The notes: generated from the letters alone by a model not told the origin. Positions 1-13,121 are shown, numbered from the stretch's first letter. The stretch is 64,000 nucleotides of DNA from Malacoraja senta (GCA_038087875.1 CM075994.1:10356001-10420000), one strand, 5' to 3'. Made by a program: numbers and translations.

Positions 1-790
1 TAAAGATGGGATAGCAGCACATTTGGAAAGTGGTGAAATCATTGGACCAAGTCAGCATGGATTTACGAAAGGTAAATCATGTCTGACGAATCTTATAGAA
101 TTTTTCGAGGATGTAACTAGTAGAGTGGATAAGGGAGAACCAGTGGATGTGTTATATCTAGAATTTCAGAAGGCTTTCGACAAGGTCCCACATAAGAGAT
201 TAGTATACAAACTTAAAGCACACGGTATTGGGGGTTCAGTATTGATGTGGATAGAGAACTGGCTGGCAGACAGGAAGCAAAGCATAGGAGTAAATGGGTC
301 CTTTTCAGAAAGGCAGGCAGTGACTAGTGGGGTACCGCAAGGCTCAGAGCTGGGACCCCAGCTATTTACATTATATATTAATGACCTGGATGAGGGAATT
401 GAATGTAACATCTCCAAGTTTGCAGATGACACAAACCTGGGGGGCAGTGTTAGATGTGAGGTGGATGCTAGGAGGAAGACCAGGACAAGGGGTCACAGTT
501 TAAGGATAAAGGGGAAATCCTTTGGGACCGAGATGAGAAAAACATTTTTCACACAGAGAGTGGTGAATCTCTGGAACTATCTGCCACAGAAGGTAGTTGA
601 GGCCAGTTCATTGGCTATATTTAAGAGGGAGTTAGATGTGGGCCTTGTGGCTAAAGGGATCAGGAGGTATGGAGAGAAGGCAGGTACAGGATACTGAGGG
701 ATGCTCAGCCATGATCATATTGAATGGCGGTGCAGGCTCGAAGGGCCGAATTGCCTGCTCCTGCACCTATTTTCTATGTTTCTATGTTTC
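1..790 (+). mobile_element. CR1 LINE 3' portion (RT fragment, internally deleted)
   Basis: ORF 23-697 has CR1 RT motifs ([26 protein letters not shown]) and jumps at ~475 to the C-terminal TRGHSLRI segment. It ends in a (TTTCTATG)n tail. Same subfamily as 56390-57740. Confidence 0.93.
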
Positions 791-886
791 TAATTACCAT
801 TCGCATCAATCTCCTCTTCCAACAATCTCCCGCCACCCCCCCCCCTCCCACCACCACCATTCGGTCCTTCGAGCCAGCACCGCCAT

Positions 887-1117
887 TCTCACAGCGTCAT
901 ACCGATAGAAGAAGCTGTTGAAATCTACAAGGTAAAAGCAAACCGATATTGATCATATCATTGTGTCATGTTTTGTTTATTTTCTAACATTTATCTTCTC
1001 TGATCTGAAACCCAACTCCAGGATCAGGTGAAATCTTCTTTCGAATCTCTCACAAAAAAGGAATCAGAGATCGAGAAAATAGAGCAGCAACAGAAAGAGA
1101 GCATTTCAGGAGTTCAG
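887..1117 (+). pseudogene. TRIM copy A relic: 3' end of exon 1 (887-931) and complete 96-nt exon 2 (1022-1117)
   Basis: Near-identical to the TRIM-B exon 1 end and exon 2 (AAG|GTAAAAGC donor at 932, CAG|GATCAGGTG acceptor, donor at 1118). It lacks the RING, most of the B-box and exons 3-6. Confidence 0.88.
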
Positions 1118-1570
1118 GTGAGGCTTTGTACTATTGCTTTGATGTTTATTGTATAGATTTGATGCCTGCGATGGCTGTAATAAGTGGGCACCTCTATAGA
1201 GCTCAGTAGTCGAGGACCCGAGATCTTGGGAGCGATTGAGCAGCCAAGGACTTTACTCACTGGAGCGCGGGAGTCTGAAGAATGTTCTGTTGCAGGTGTA
1301 TAATATCACAAAACGAAATGTTAGGGTGAATACTCAGTCTTTTACCCTGAGAAAGGCGTCGAGCATGCAAGGGCATAGGTTTAAGGTGAGAGGGTACAGA
1401 TTTAATGCGAACATTAAGGGCAACTTTGGTATATGGAATGAGCTGCCAGGGGAGGTAGTTGATTCAGGAACCATAACAATAACGAAAAGATATTTGAACA
1501 AATTCGTGGAGAGAAAATTTTAGAACCAGGTGGGCCAAATGCGAACAGGTGGAAATAGCACACATGGGGC

Positions 1571-2885
1571 AATGGACAATAGACAATAGGTGCAGGATAG
1601 GCCATTTGGCCCCTCGAGCCAGCACCGCTATTCAATGTGATCATGGCTGATCTTCCCCAATCAGTACCCCGTTCCTGCCTTCTCCCCATATCCCCTGACT
1701 CCGCTATCTTTAAGAGCCCTATCTAGCTCTCTCTTGAAAGCGTCCAGAGAACCTGCCTCCACCGACGTCTGTGGCAGAGTATTCCACAGACTCACAACTT
1801 TCTGTGAGAAAAGTGTTTCCTCGTCTCCGTTCTAAATGACTAATATTGTGGCGGCGCTGTCGTACAGCAGCGGCTCGCCTGCAGACCGTCTGTTTTTACT
1901 TTTGTTGTTGTTTTCTTTTGTCCTGTTTTAGTTAAATTTTAGTTTATTGGGTTGTGTATGTGTGGGGTGGGGGGGTGAAACATGACTTTTGTCTCTTCCT
2001 TCGGGGGAATGCGACTTTTTCTTGTCTTATCCCCCTTCTCTTCCTCCGTCTGCGCTGAGGCCAAAATGGCGGAGCTGCTCCGGAGGCAGAGCCAGGACTT
2101 ACCAGCGCGAGGCTGGCCAACTTCAGGGCTGCGGTGGCGTTCCGGCGGTGGCGACCGAGGACACTGGTGGCGACCTGAATCCGGAGGCTCGGCCGCAGCT
2201 GGCCCAGTGGACGACATCTTCGGGAGCGCGAGGCGGGCCAACTTCGGGGCTGCGGTGGTGTTCCGGCGGTGGCGACCGAGGACACTGGTGGCGACCTGAA
2301 TCCGGAGGCTCGGCCGCGGGCCCAGTGGACGACATCGTCGGGAGCGCGCAGGTCACAGGTTGGTGACCTGTTTTTCTGGGGCTCCCGCAACTACAGCTGC
2401 GTCCGCTGGACTGGGGGGCGGCAGCTTCGACCACCCCGGGCCGCGGAGTTTGAGCCGGCCCGTCGCGGAGCACGGATTCGGCCGCGGGACTGGCTTACCG
2501 TCGCCCGGCGGGGTCACAGCATCAGAAGCCTGGATCGCCTCAGCGCAGAGGGAGAACAAAGCGGGAAGAGACAGAGACTTTAAGACTTTTGCCTCCATCA
2601 CAGTGAGGATGTGCCTGGTGAACTCACTGTGGTGGATGTTAATTTGTGTTTATTGTGTGTTTTGTCATTTATTATTATATGTATGACTGCAGGCAACGAT
2701 ATTTCGTTCAGACCGAGAGGTCTGAATGACAAATAAAGGAATCTCTAATCTCTAATCTCTAATCTCTAATCTCTCTAATCTCTAATCTCTAATCTCTCTC
2801 TCTTACCCCTTATTCTTAAACTGTGACCCCTGGTTCTGGACTCCCCCAACATCGGGAACATGTTTCCTGCCTCTAGCGTGTCCAC
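1571..2885 (-). mobile_element. CR1 LINE 3' end in intron 2 of TRIM-A, split by an insertion at 1843-2800
   Basis: Reverse complement of the CR1 3'UTR and the RT C-terminus ([21 protein letters not shown]). It sits at the same intron position as the CR1 in TRIM-B (8800). Confidence 0.85.
1843..2800 (+). mobile_element. Non-autonomous GC-rich retroelement with 3' stem-loop, AATAAA and (AATCTCT)n tail; internal ~121-bp tandem duplication
   Basis: Interrupts a CR1. Hairpin TTCAGACC-GAGA-GGTCTGAA at ~2708-2727, microsatellite tail 2740-2800, direct repeat ~2115-2235 / 2236-2350. Confidence 0.7.
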
Positions 2886-3702
2886 AAACTTAGATAGGCA
2901 CAAAATATTTGAGACCGTCTCGACTCGAAACGTCACGCATTCCTTCTCTCCGCTGCCTGTCCCGCTGAGATACTCTAGCATTTTGTGACTGTCTTCGATT
3001 TAAACCAGCATCATCAGTTCCTTCCTACATCATCAGTACTTTATGTTGAATCGGTATAAAACACAGGTTTGGACACAACTGGTGCATCAAGCCTATTTCT
3101 GGTCACCAAACTTAATGAATGAAGCGAGGATCATCGGGAGGGTGCAGGAGATATTCACTGGAATGGTTTCAAGGATGAGGACATTCGGGTCGAGGGTGAG
3201 GCCGGAGAAGCAGGTGCAGGTTCTCTGTGGAGAAGGGCATTTGAAAGCTTTCACAGAGGGTTCAAGCTCGGGTCCGGTGTGGAGAGGGGGAATGGGGGTG
3301 GTGGTGGGGGGGATCTTTCCCATCTGTGCGAGGTTCAAATGGGCACAGATTTGAGAGAGAGAGAAGCAACAAGTGGGATACCTCCAGGAGCCCTGCCGGC
3401 AATCTGTTCGTTTTTCATTCCTTTTGTTATTTTTTTGTGTATTAAAAGTTGTTTTAATGTTCTTCTGTTTGTTGTATGTGGGGGACGGGGGAGGGGATCG
3501 GGGTAATTTTTTTTTCAAGTTCTTACCTTGCCGGAGATGTGATTAATTTTCGGATCACATTCTCCGGGCTCTGCGGCCTTCCATCGATGGAGCTGGAAGC
3601 CTCCTCGGCCTGTCGTGAGCCCCACCGCGGGTCGCGGACTTAACATCGGAGCTGATCCCTTGCCTGGGATTTATCATCAAGCTCGCAGTCTCGGGAGAGG
3701 CT

Positions 3703-5665
3703 AGTCAAGTTAAGTCAAGTCAAGTGAGTTTATTGTCATGTGTCCCTGATAGGACAATGAAATTCTTGCTTTGCTTCAGCACAACAGAACATAGTAGGCA
3801 TTGACTACAAGGCATTCTATAAATATATACACAAATGAATCAATATACTGATAAAGTGCAAATAACAGTATTGGCTAATAAAGTTCAGTGTTATGTCCGA
3901 GCCAGGTTTAATAGCCTGTTGGCTGTGGGGAAGTAGCTGTTCCTGAACCTGGTCGTTGCAGTCTTCAGGGTCCTGTACCTTCTACCTGAAGGTAGTAGGG
4001 AGATGAGTGTGTGGCCAGGATGCTGTGGGTCCTTCAATTCAATTCAATTCAATTTATTTGTCTTTTTGGACAAATTTGTCATTTGGACCCCTTGAGGTCC
4101 AAACGAAATGTCGTTTCTGCAGCCATACAATACAAAACGAAGAAGACCCGAGACACAACACAATTTACACATACATCCATCACAGCGCTGTGATGGAAGG
4201 CAAAAACACGTATCTCTCCACTGCACTCCCCCCCCCCCGATGTCAGAGTCAAAGTCAAAGCCCCCGGCGGGCGATGGTGATTGTCCCGCAGCCATTAAAG
4301 CCACGCCGGGTGATGCAAGGTCGCGCACCGGGTCTTGGTGTTAGAGCCCCGGCGTGCGCCCGCAAAGTCCGGCGGTCATTCCAAGCCGCGCGGGGGGACG
4401 ATGTAAAGCCCCGCTCCAGGTGCTCTTCAACCCAGCAACTCGGGCGGGAGAAGTCGCCGCTGCGGAAGCCCCGAAAAGCGGTCTCCCACCAGGGGACCCG
4501 CGGGCTTACGGTGTTGCCGTCCGCCAGACCCGCGGTTGTAGCCTCCGAATCTCCGGCGGTCGGGTAGCAGCAGCGATTGTCTCCACCACAGCTCCACCCG
4601 CTCCGGACTCGGCCAGCCCCGTGACGGTGAGTAGTCCGCAGCTCCGCAACTGGAGCCCCAGGTCGTTCCTGCTGGAGGCCGCTCCACGTTGCCCAGCCCC
4701 AACGACAACGGAGACCAAACAAAGAAAAGGTCGGGTCTCCCGTGCAGCGGAAAGATTTCAAAGTTCCCCCACCCCCACCCCCACCCCCACCCCCACCCCC
4801 ACCCCCCCCACACACACCCCGACAAAAAAAAATAATAAAAAACTACATAAAAACAAGACAAAAATAATAAAAAAGACAGACGGACTGCAGAGGCCGCTGC
4901 TGACGAAAGTCGCGCCGATAATACTGCCAGCCTTTTTGAGGCTGCGACTGTGATAGATCCCCTCGATGGAAGGGAGGTCAGAGCCGATGATGGACTGGGC
5001 AGTGTTTACTACTTTTTGTAGTCTTTTTCCTCTCCAGGGCGCTCAAGTTGCCGAACCAAGCCACGATGCAACCGGTCAGCATGCTCTCTACTGTGCACCT
5101 GTAAAAGTTAGAGAGAGTCCTCCTTGACAAACCGACTCTCTGTAATCTTCTCAGGAAGTAGAGCGCTGATGTGCTTTCTTAATAATGGCATCAGTGTTCT
5201 CGGACCAGGAAAGATCTTCAGAGATGTGCACGCCCAGGAATTTGAAGCTCTTGACCCTTTCAACCATCGACCCGTTGATATAAACGGGACTATGGGTCCC
5301 CATCCTACTCCTTCCAAAGTCCACAATCAGTTCCTTGGTTTTGCTGGTGTTGAGGGCCAGGTTATTGTGCTGGCACCATATGGACAGTTGCTCGATCTCT
5401 CTTCTATACTCTGACTCATCCCCATCAGTGATACGTCCCACAACAGTGGTGTCGTCAGCGAACTTGATGATGGAGTTCGCACTATGTCCGGCTATGCAGT
5501 CATGAGTATAGAGTGAGTACAGCAGGGGGCTGAGCACGCAGCCTTGAGGTGCTCCCGTGCTAATTGTTATCGAGTCTGACACATTTCCACCAATACGAAC
5601 AAACTGTGGTCTGAGAGTGAGGAAGTCGAGGATCCAATTGCAGAGGGATGCGCAGAGACCCAGTT
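3703..5665 (-). mobile_element. Rex1/Babar-type LINE, 5'-truncated, split by an insertion at ~4035-4915
   Basis: ORF 5151-5582 ([22 protein letters not shown]...[10 protein letters not shown]...FKFLGVHI) is a Rex/Babar-like RT. A (CTTGA)n tail lies at ~3703-3725 on the minus strand. Confidence 0.85.
4035..4915 (-). mobile_element. Non-autonomous GC-rich retroelement (same architecture as 1843-2800)
   Basis: Shares the GCCTCTGCAGTCCGTCTGT head, T-rich stretch and G-run. Has a 3' hairpin (TTTGGACC...GGTCCAAA) and a (GAATT)n tail. Confidence 0.65.
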
Positions 5666-6623
5666 CCGCAAAGACCCAGTCGGGAGCTCCAACGCCGCGG
5701 AAGGTTCGACCCGCCCCGACGCAAGGTCAGATCGCCCGGTGCGGGGGAGCTGACATCCCCCCGATGCGGGAGCTGATCGCCTCGACGCGGAATGCCCATA
5801 CGCCGCCGGCTACGGGAGTCAAGGTCGTCCCGTCAACGGAGGGCTCGAGGCCCCCGACCGAGGAAGAACAAAGGGAAGGACTTGAACTTTCTTTCGCCTT
5901 CCATCACGGTGAGGAATGTGGAGGAGTCACAGTGGTGGATGTTCATGTTAAAATGTGTTTTTGAGTGATCTGCTGCTTTTTATTTGTATGACTGACTTGG
6001 CAAATGAAATTCCTCGTATGTTGTAAAACATACTTGGCGAATAATGTTGGATTGTGATTCTGATTCTGATGCCTCGGAGTGTAGGAAGGAATTGCAGATG
6101 CTGGTTTAAACCGAAGATAGACACAAAATGCTGGAGTAACTCAACGGGACAGGCAACAGCTCTGCAGAGAAGGAATGGGTAGCGTTTCGGGTAGAGACGG
6201 TCTCCAGCATTTTGTGCCAATCTAAGGGCAATAAGGCTTTTCAGCTTAGTTTATTGTCACGTGTTTAGAGGTACATTGAAATACTTTTGTTGCGTGCTAT
6301 CCAGTCGGAAGAAAGACAATATATGATTACAATCGAGCCACGTACAGTGGACAGATACTCGATGATGGAATAACGTTTAGTGCAAGCTTAAACCAGCAAA
6401 GTCCGATCATAGTTAAAGTGAGAATTGTTGAGGTGGGAGTAGAGATTTAAGAGTGTGGGGCGATTGTAATATGTGATTGTAGATCTGCATCGCACGCAAA
6501 TCGGCGCCTTGGTTGGGCGCCATCTCGGAAGCATTAGCGGCAAGAATGACCTGCAGGGGCGGAGGAAATGCTGCTAATTGGGCTTTCGAATCTGAGTGTT
6601 CCGTGTTCCACACTCACTGATTC

Positions 6624-6955
6624 CACGGTGGCGCAGCGGTAGAGTTGCTGCCTTGCAGCGCCAGAGACCCGGGTTCGATCCCGACTACAGCTGCTGTCTG
6701 TACGGGGGTTGTACCTTCTCCCTGAGACCGCGTGGGTTTTCTCCGAAATCTTCGGTTTCCTCCCACATCTAAAGACGTACATGTGTGTAGGATAGTTGCA
6801 TGGTGGATGTGGAAATGTGTTCCTAGTGTGTGCAGGATAGTGTTAATATGCGGGGATCGCTCGTCAGTACGGACTTCGCAGGTCGGTGCGGATCGGTGGG
6901 CCGAAGGGCCTATTTTCGCGCGGTATCTCTGCATTAAACTAAACTGAATTAAACT
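6624..6955 (+). mobile_element. tRNA-derived SINE (HE1/V-SINE-like)
   Basis: Box A TGGCGCAGCGG, box B GGTTCGATCC, central GGGTTTTCTCCG...TTCCTCCCACA core, CR1-like 3' end and (TAAAC)n tail. Confidence 0.85.
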
Positions 6956-7411
6956 GGTTAGCAGACAAATTGAACCTTTGCAAACTGCAATGAATGTTAG
7001 AGGGTCATATAATATCCATTAAACAATACACACAAACATAGATTGCCCCGTAGACTGCTGCATGAGAGACAGGTGCACTGTTGTGGAATAAAATAAGGGC
7101 GGAGGGAGATCTCCGTCCATCCTGATCCCGGGCTGTGAATGGAGATGCGGGCGGCGGGTTCCGCTGCCCAACAGGTGCAACGTCTCCACAGGTTACACCC
7201 GAGGCTTCCTTAGTGCCGGGCCCCGTCCCTTTCTGTCCTGCCTTCGTCTTTCTCGTCCATATTCAGGCCACTTTAATGTCCAATCTACCCCTCCCTCGTG
7301 TGAGATGAGTTGGAAGCGGCCAGGACATCTTAACACTGAACACTGGCAGCCAAATAGCATTCATTGCCCGGGACGGCAGCGGGCGCAGCGACACGGTATC
7401 GAAGTGGTGGA

Positions 7412-7691
7412 GTTTAATTTAGTTGAGAGATACAGCGCGCAAACAGGGCCTTCGGCCCACCGGGTCCGCGCCGACCAGCGATCCGCGCACATTAACACCA
7501 TCCTACAGCCACTAGGGACATTTGTTACTTTTGCCAAGCCTCTGAAGACCCAAGATTTCGGAGAAAAAAGCACGCAGATCACGGGAGAACGTACGAACTC
7601 AGTACAGACAGCACCCGTAGTCGGGATCGAACCGGGTCTCTGCAGCGCTGCATTCGCTGCTTTGCAGCAACTCTACCGCTGCGCCACCGTG
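7412..7691 (-). mobile_element. tRNA-derived SINE (HE1/V-SINE-like), inverted
   Basis: Reverse complement of the 6624-6955 family. Its head ends ~75 nt upstream of the TRIM-B ATG. Confidence 0.82.
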
Positions 7692-7766
7692 ACGGTCACG
7701 TGACCACGACCATATTCAGCAGCTCCACGTCAGTGAAAATATTTTGAACCAGGAAGCGGATTTAAA

Positions 7767-8176
7767 ATGGCTGCGAAAGACCAGGTCGAGAGTTTGACCG
7801 AGGAGGGAGTTTGTCCCATCTGCCTGGATTTCTTCACCGATCCGGTGACACTGGAGTGTGGCACAATTTCTGCCGCTCCTGTATCACACAGAGTTGGGAC
7901 AGGGAGGCGAGAAACTCCTGCCCGGAATGCAGAGGCCAGTTTACAGACCGCACCCTCAAAGTAAATTGGGCCTTGGTGAGACTCTCTGAGAAAGCTCGAG
8001 CACTGAGCCAGAATCTCAAAGAGAAGGAAAGTAAACTTCAATGCGAGAAACATCAGGAAGAACTGAAGCTGTTTTGTGAAACTGACAAGAAAGTGATTTG
8101 TCTGATCTGTCGAGATGCGCGTGAACACAAGTCTCACAGCTTCAGACCGATAGAAGAAGCAGTTGAAATCTACAAG
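7767..8176 (+). CDS. TRIM-B exon 1: C3HC4 RING and B-box2 (frameshifted at ~7860)
   Basis: MAAKDQVESLTEEGVCPICLDFFTDPVTLECG / [12 protein letters not shown]...CPEC...[32 protein letters not shown]. Length 410 nt (one short of a multiple of 3); donor AAG|GTAAAA. Confidence 0.9.
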
Positions 8177-8266
8177 GTAAAAGCAAACCGATATTGATCA
8201 CATCATTGTGTTATGTTTTGTTTATTTTCTGACATTTTTCTTGTCTGATCTGAAACCCAACTCCAG

Positions 8267-8362
8267 GATCAGGTGAAATCATCTTTCGAATCTCTCAATG
8301 AAAAGAAATCAGAGATCAAGCAAATGGAGCAGCAACAGAAACGGAGCATTTCTGGAGTTCAG
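8267..8362 (+). CDS. TRIM-B exon 2 (96 nt, coiled coil)
   Basis: CAG|GATCAG...GTTCAG|GTGAG, open frame, homologous to exon 2 of A and C. Confidence 0.9.
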
Positions 8363-8799
8363 GTGAGGCTTCGTACGTTTTTGTGTAAAATGCATCCATA
8401 TGATGCGTGTAATAAGTTGGCACCTCTATGAAGCTCAGTGGTCGGGGACCCGAGATCTTGGGAGCGGTTGAATAGCCAAGGACTTTACTCCCTGGAGCGC
8501 AGCAGTCTGGAGAATGATATATTGCAGGTGTATAATATCACGAAACGAAATGTTACGGTGAATAGTCAGTCTCTTACCCTGAGTAGGGCGTCGAGCATGC
8601 GAGGGCATACGTTTAGGGTGAGAGGGATCAGATTTAATAGGAACATTAAGGGCAACTTTGGTAGTGGGTATATGGAACGAGCTGCCAGAGGAGGTAGTTG
8701 ATTCAGGTACCATAACAATATTTAAAAGATATTTGAACACAATCGTGGAGAGAGAATTTTAGAACCTGGTAGGCCAGGTGGAAATAGCGCAGATGGTGC

Positions 8800-11080
8800 A
8801 ATAGACAATAGACCATAGGTGCAGGTGTAGGCCATTCGGCCCTTCGAGCCAGTACCGCCATTCAATGTGATCATGGCTGATCATCCCCAATCAGTACCTC
8901 GTTCCTGCCTTCTCCTCATATCCCGCTGAATCCGCTATCTTTAAGAGCCCTATCCAGAGAAACAGCCTCCACCACCTCTGAGGCAGAGAATTCCACATTC
9001 ACTACTCTCTGTGTGAAAAAGTGTATCCTCATCTCCGGTCTAAATGGCTTACCCCTTATCCTTAAACTGTGGCCCCTTGTTCTGTAATCCCCCAACTTCG
9101 GGAACATGTTTCCTGCCCCTAGCATGTCCTAACCCTTAATAATATTTTCTGTCTCCATTAGATCCCCTCTCATCCTTCTAAATACCAGAGAATAAAAGCC
9201 TAGCCGCTCCACTCTCTCAACATATGACAGTCCCGCCATCCTGGGAATTAACCTTGTAAACCTACACTACACTCACTCAATAGCAAGAATGTCCTTCCTT
9301 AAATTAGGGGACCAAAACTGCACACAATACTCCATATGTGGTCTCACTAGAGCCTTGTACAACTGCAGAAGGACCTCTTTGTCCCGATACTCAACTCCTC
9401 TTGTTAAGAAGGCCAACATGCCATTTGCTTTCTTCATTGCCTGCTGTACCTGCATGCATACTTTCATTGACTGATGAACAAGGCCCCCAGATCCCGTTGT
9501 ACTTCCCCTTTTCCCAACTTGACACCATTTAGATAATAATCGGCCTTCCTGCTTTTGCTTCCAAAGTGGATAACCTCACATTTATCCACATTAAATTGCA
9601 TCAGCCCACTCACCCAACCTGCCAAGTCACCCTGCATTCTCATAGCATCCTCCTCACAGTTCACACTGCCACCCAGCTTTGTGCCATCTGCAAATTTGAT
9701 AATGTTACTTTGAATCCCTTCATCTAAATCATTGATGTATATTGTAAATAGCTGCCGTCGCAGCACCGAATCTTGCGGTACCCCACTAGTCATTGCCTGC
9801 CATTCTGAAAGGGGCCCGAGAATCCCTGCTCTTTGTTTCCTGTCTGACAACCAATTTTCTATCCATGTCAGCTCTCTACCCCCAATACCATGTGCCCTAC
9901 GTTTGCCCACTAATCTATGTGGGACCTTCTGAAATGCATTCTGAAAGTCCAGGTACACTACATCCACTGGCTCTCCCTTGTCGATTTTCCTAGTTACACA
10001 CTCAAAAAATTCCAGAAGATTAGTCAAGCATGATTTCCCCATCGTAAATCCATGCAGACTCGGTCCGATCCTGTTACTGCTATCCAAATGTGCCGCTAAT
10101 TCATCTTTTATGATTGACTCCAGCATCTTCCTCACCACCGATGTCAGGCTAACTGGTCTATAATTACCTGGTTTCTCTCTCACGCCTTTCTTAAAAAGTG
10201 AGATATCATTAGCTACCAGATATTTCAGAATTATCATGATCACCAATGCATCCACGATTACTAGAGTCACTTTCTCAAGTACCATGGGATGCAGACCATC
10301 AGGCACTGGGGATTTGTCAGCCTCAGTCCCATCAGTCTGCCCAATGTGGATTTCCTGCCCACATTCCTGCTTAATGTGGATTTCCTTCAGTTCCTCCATC
10401 ACCCCAGATCCTCTGGCCACTACTATATCAGGAAGATTGTTTGTGTCCTCCTTAGTGAAGACGGATCCAAAGTACCTGTTCAACTCAGCTGCCATTTCCT
10501 TGTTCCCCATAATAAATTCACCTTTTTAAGTCTTCAAGGTTCCAGCTTTGGTCTTAACTGATGATTTCCTCTTCGCATACCTTAATAAGCTTTTGCTATC
10601 CTTCATAATCTTGGCTAGCTTTACTTCGTACCTCATCTTTTCTCCCCCTATTGCCTTTTTGGTATATTCTCTTGCACTTTAAACTTTACCCAATCCTCTT
10701 GCTTCCCACTCATCTTTGCTACGTTGTACTTCTCTTTTATTTGTATACCGTCCCTGACTTTCCTTGTCAGCCACGGTCCCACCTTATTCCCCTTGGAATC
10801 TTTCTTCCACTTTGGAATAAACTGATCCTGCACCTTCTGTATTATTCCCATAAATACCTGCCATTGATGATCTACAGTCATCCCTGTTAGGGTATCTTTC
10901 CAGTCATCTTTGGGCAGCTCCTCCCACATGGCTCCACGGTCCCCTTTGTTCAACTGTAACACTGACACCTCCAATTTACCATTCTCCCTCTCAAATTGTA
11001 GATTAAAACTTACCATATTATGGTCACTACCTCCTAATGGCTCCTTAACCTCGAGTTCCCTTTATGAAATCCGGTTCATT
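8800..11080 (-). mobile_element. CR1 LINE, degenerate, in intron 2 of TRIM-B
   Basis: ORFs 9464-10510 (RT), 10648-11016 (linker) and 9273-9467, with multiple frameshifts. 3' tail at ~8800. Confidence 0.92.
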
Positions 11081-11369
11081 GCACATGAACTGGATTTGAT
11101 AAGGTCTTGGACGGTTACATTACTTTCACCAGATATTTCAGAATTATCAAGAAGAGCTCTTGAATTGCCAAGGTAATGAAAGCTATGGATTACATACGGG
11201 TAAATAGAATTAGTGTAGATACGTACAGAGCCCAGCATGGACATATTGGTCCGAAGGGACTATTTCTGCACATCAGGACTTGGATTCACTAGCCAAATGT
11301 CGCCTTCTATGTCATGAGGAAACTCAGCAGAGTGACATAATCTATTGATTTTAATCTTTCATCTGACAG

Positions 11370-11603
11370 GAAGAGTCACACACCCTTCAGGCACTGATCA
11401 CATCCCAGTTTGCTGAACTGCACCAGATATTCACTGAGAAAGAGCAGCGGTTACTTGGAGATATCCGGGAGGAAGAGAAAAAGATTGTAAAAAGAATGAA
11501 GAAAAATCTTAAAGAGATTCAAGAGAATTTAAATTCCATTAAAGAGGAACTCTCAAAGTTACAGAAACAGATAGACCACAAGGACGGCGTGATGTTTCTG
11601 AAG
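11370..11603 (+). CDS. TRIM-B exon 3 (234 nt, coiled coil)
   Basis: CAG|GAAGAG...CTGAAG|GTGAGT. Open frame EESHTLQALITSQFAELHQ...DGVMFLK. Confidence 0.9.
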
Positions 11604-12364
11604 GTGAGTGGTTACACTGCAGTTAGGATAAGTGAAAGTGCACAGTCACAAAATGGTGGGATAAATTTCTGAAATAAATGCTGCATTTACCAGTAATTCA
11701 GTACTGGGTCAAAGTTCCGTCTGTTCCATCTTCTCTCCACATCCGACAATAATGCCCCAAATACCCCTCTCTACATCATGGACATTCGGCCCATCCACTG
11801 CTGTCAGTTTTCCTGCTCCGCAAAAGCCTCTCCCCACCTACTCACAACATCAAGCAGCAGTGCCCACAGTTGCCACATCTCTCGTGGATATCAACCTTTA
11901 TCCACCTCCCCATGGAATTACCACTCCTGTGGCAGAGGGTTATATATTATGTTGTCTGAATCTCAGTTCAGAAGTGATAGGAACAGAATTAGCCCATGAA
12001 GTCTGCTCCGTCATTCAATCATGGCTAATCTACCTGTCCTAACCCCATTCTCCTGACTTCTCCCCATACCCGTGACACCCGCACTAAACAAGATAATGTT
12101 AAATTCCATTAATTTTCCTTTAATTAGCAATAGAAACTCATGAAGTGAGCAGTCTTTCCGGTACGTTTGATCCTCAGATTAATGGCAGATTTTTCACTAA
12201 CACTCCTTACACATTCTCCCTTGGTTCTTTGTTCATTCGTGTAATACTTTCTACCCGTGACAGCTGGGTCAGAGTTGGGAAATGGGAATTTTCAGCAGTT
12301 CCTAAAGTTCTATGGAATTGTCTCTGTTGTGATGTTAATCATCGGTCCCAATAAATTCAGGAAA

Positions 12365-12980
12365 AAAATCAAGTGTTGGAGCTACTCTGCGGGTTAGGCA
12401 ACATCTGTGGGGGATTTGGATGGGTGACGTTTCGGGTCGGGACCCTTCTTCAGATTGTTGTTGTGAGGGGTGGGGAGCTGGAAAAGCGATGGAGTTTAAG
12501 AAAGCCTCATGACAGGCAAATAATACAGGCGAGGGCGGTTTGGCTGGCAGTTTGGTGGACATAGACTAGAGATGAAATGCATTGAAAAGGGGGTCAGGTA
12601 AGAAAAGAGTGATATGTTAAGCCAGACGGAAGATTAGAGGAGTAATGGATCTGGGGGAATGGGTAAGAGAGCGGGTTGGTGCGAAAAGTTGAAGCTCATT
12701 AGGCTGGGCACATGGAAGAAATGGGGTAAAGAGGAGAGAGATGGTGTTACCTAAAATTGGAGATTTCAATGTTCATTCTGCTGTGTTGTAAACTACCCGA
12801 GCGGCATATGAGGTGCCGATCCTCCATTTTGCGTGTGACCTCACTCTGTCAATGGAGGAGGCCCAGGATAGGAAGGACAATATGGAAATGAGAAGTGGAG
12901 TTGGAATGTTGAGCAACCGGGATGTTCCGCAGATCTGGGTCTCTTAGTCTACGCTTGGTCTCGACGATGTGCAGGAGGGA
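12365..12980 (-). mobile_element. Penelope-like element remnant (GIY-YIG tail and terminal repeat with hammerhead motif)
   Basis: Reverse-complement similarity to 21480-21930. Motif CTGAAGAAGGGTCCCGACCCGAAACGTC on the minus strand at ~12425-12453. Confidence 0.7.
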
Positions 12981-13121
12981 GCGAACTGAAGCGTCACCAA
13001 TCCACATCCTCGTGAAATGCTGCCTGCTACGACGTGTTCCAGCACTTTGTGTTTTATATAAGACGGCATTTTGTATTTCTTGTATCTCAATGAATTGAGC
13101 TTTGTGTTTTATTTATTTCAG

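Noticed and set aside
1939..2686. Many overlapping ORFs on both strands (also 4007-4953 and 58297-59194)
   Set aside because: GC-rich repeat interiors with few stop codons and no recognisable domain.
3521..3560. CTTACCTTGCCGGAGAT resembling the U1 snRNA 5' end (also ~24345)
   Set aside because: The match is short and does not extend to the U1 stem-loops or Sm site; other family copies lack it.
6624..6690. tRNA-like box A and box B sequences
   Set aside because: These are SINE heads with no complete cloverleaf, and they continue into a SINE body and tail.
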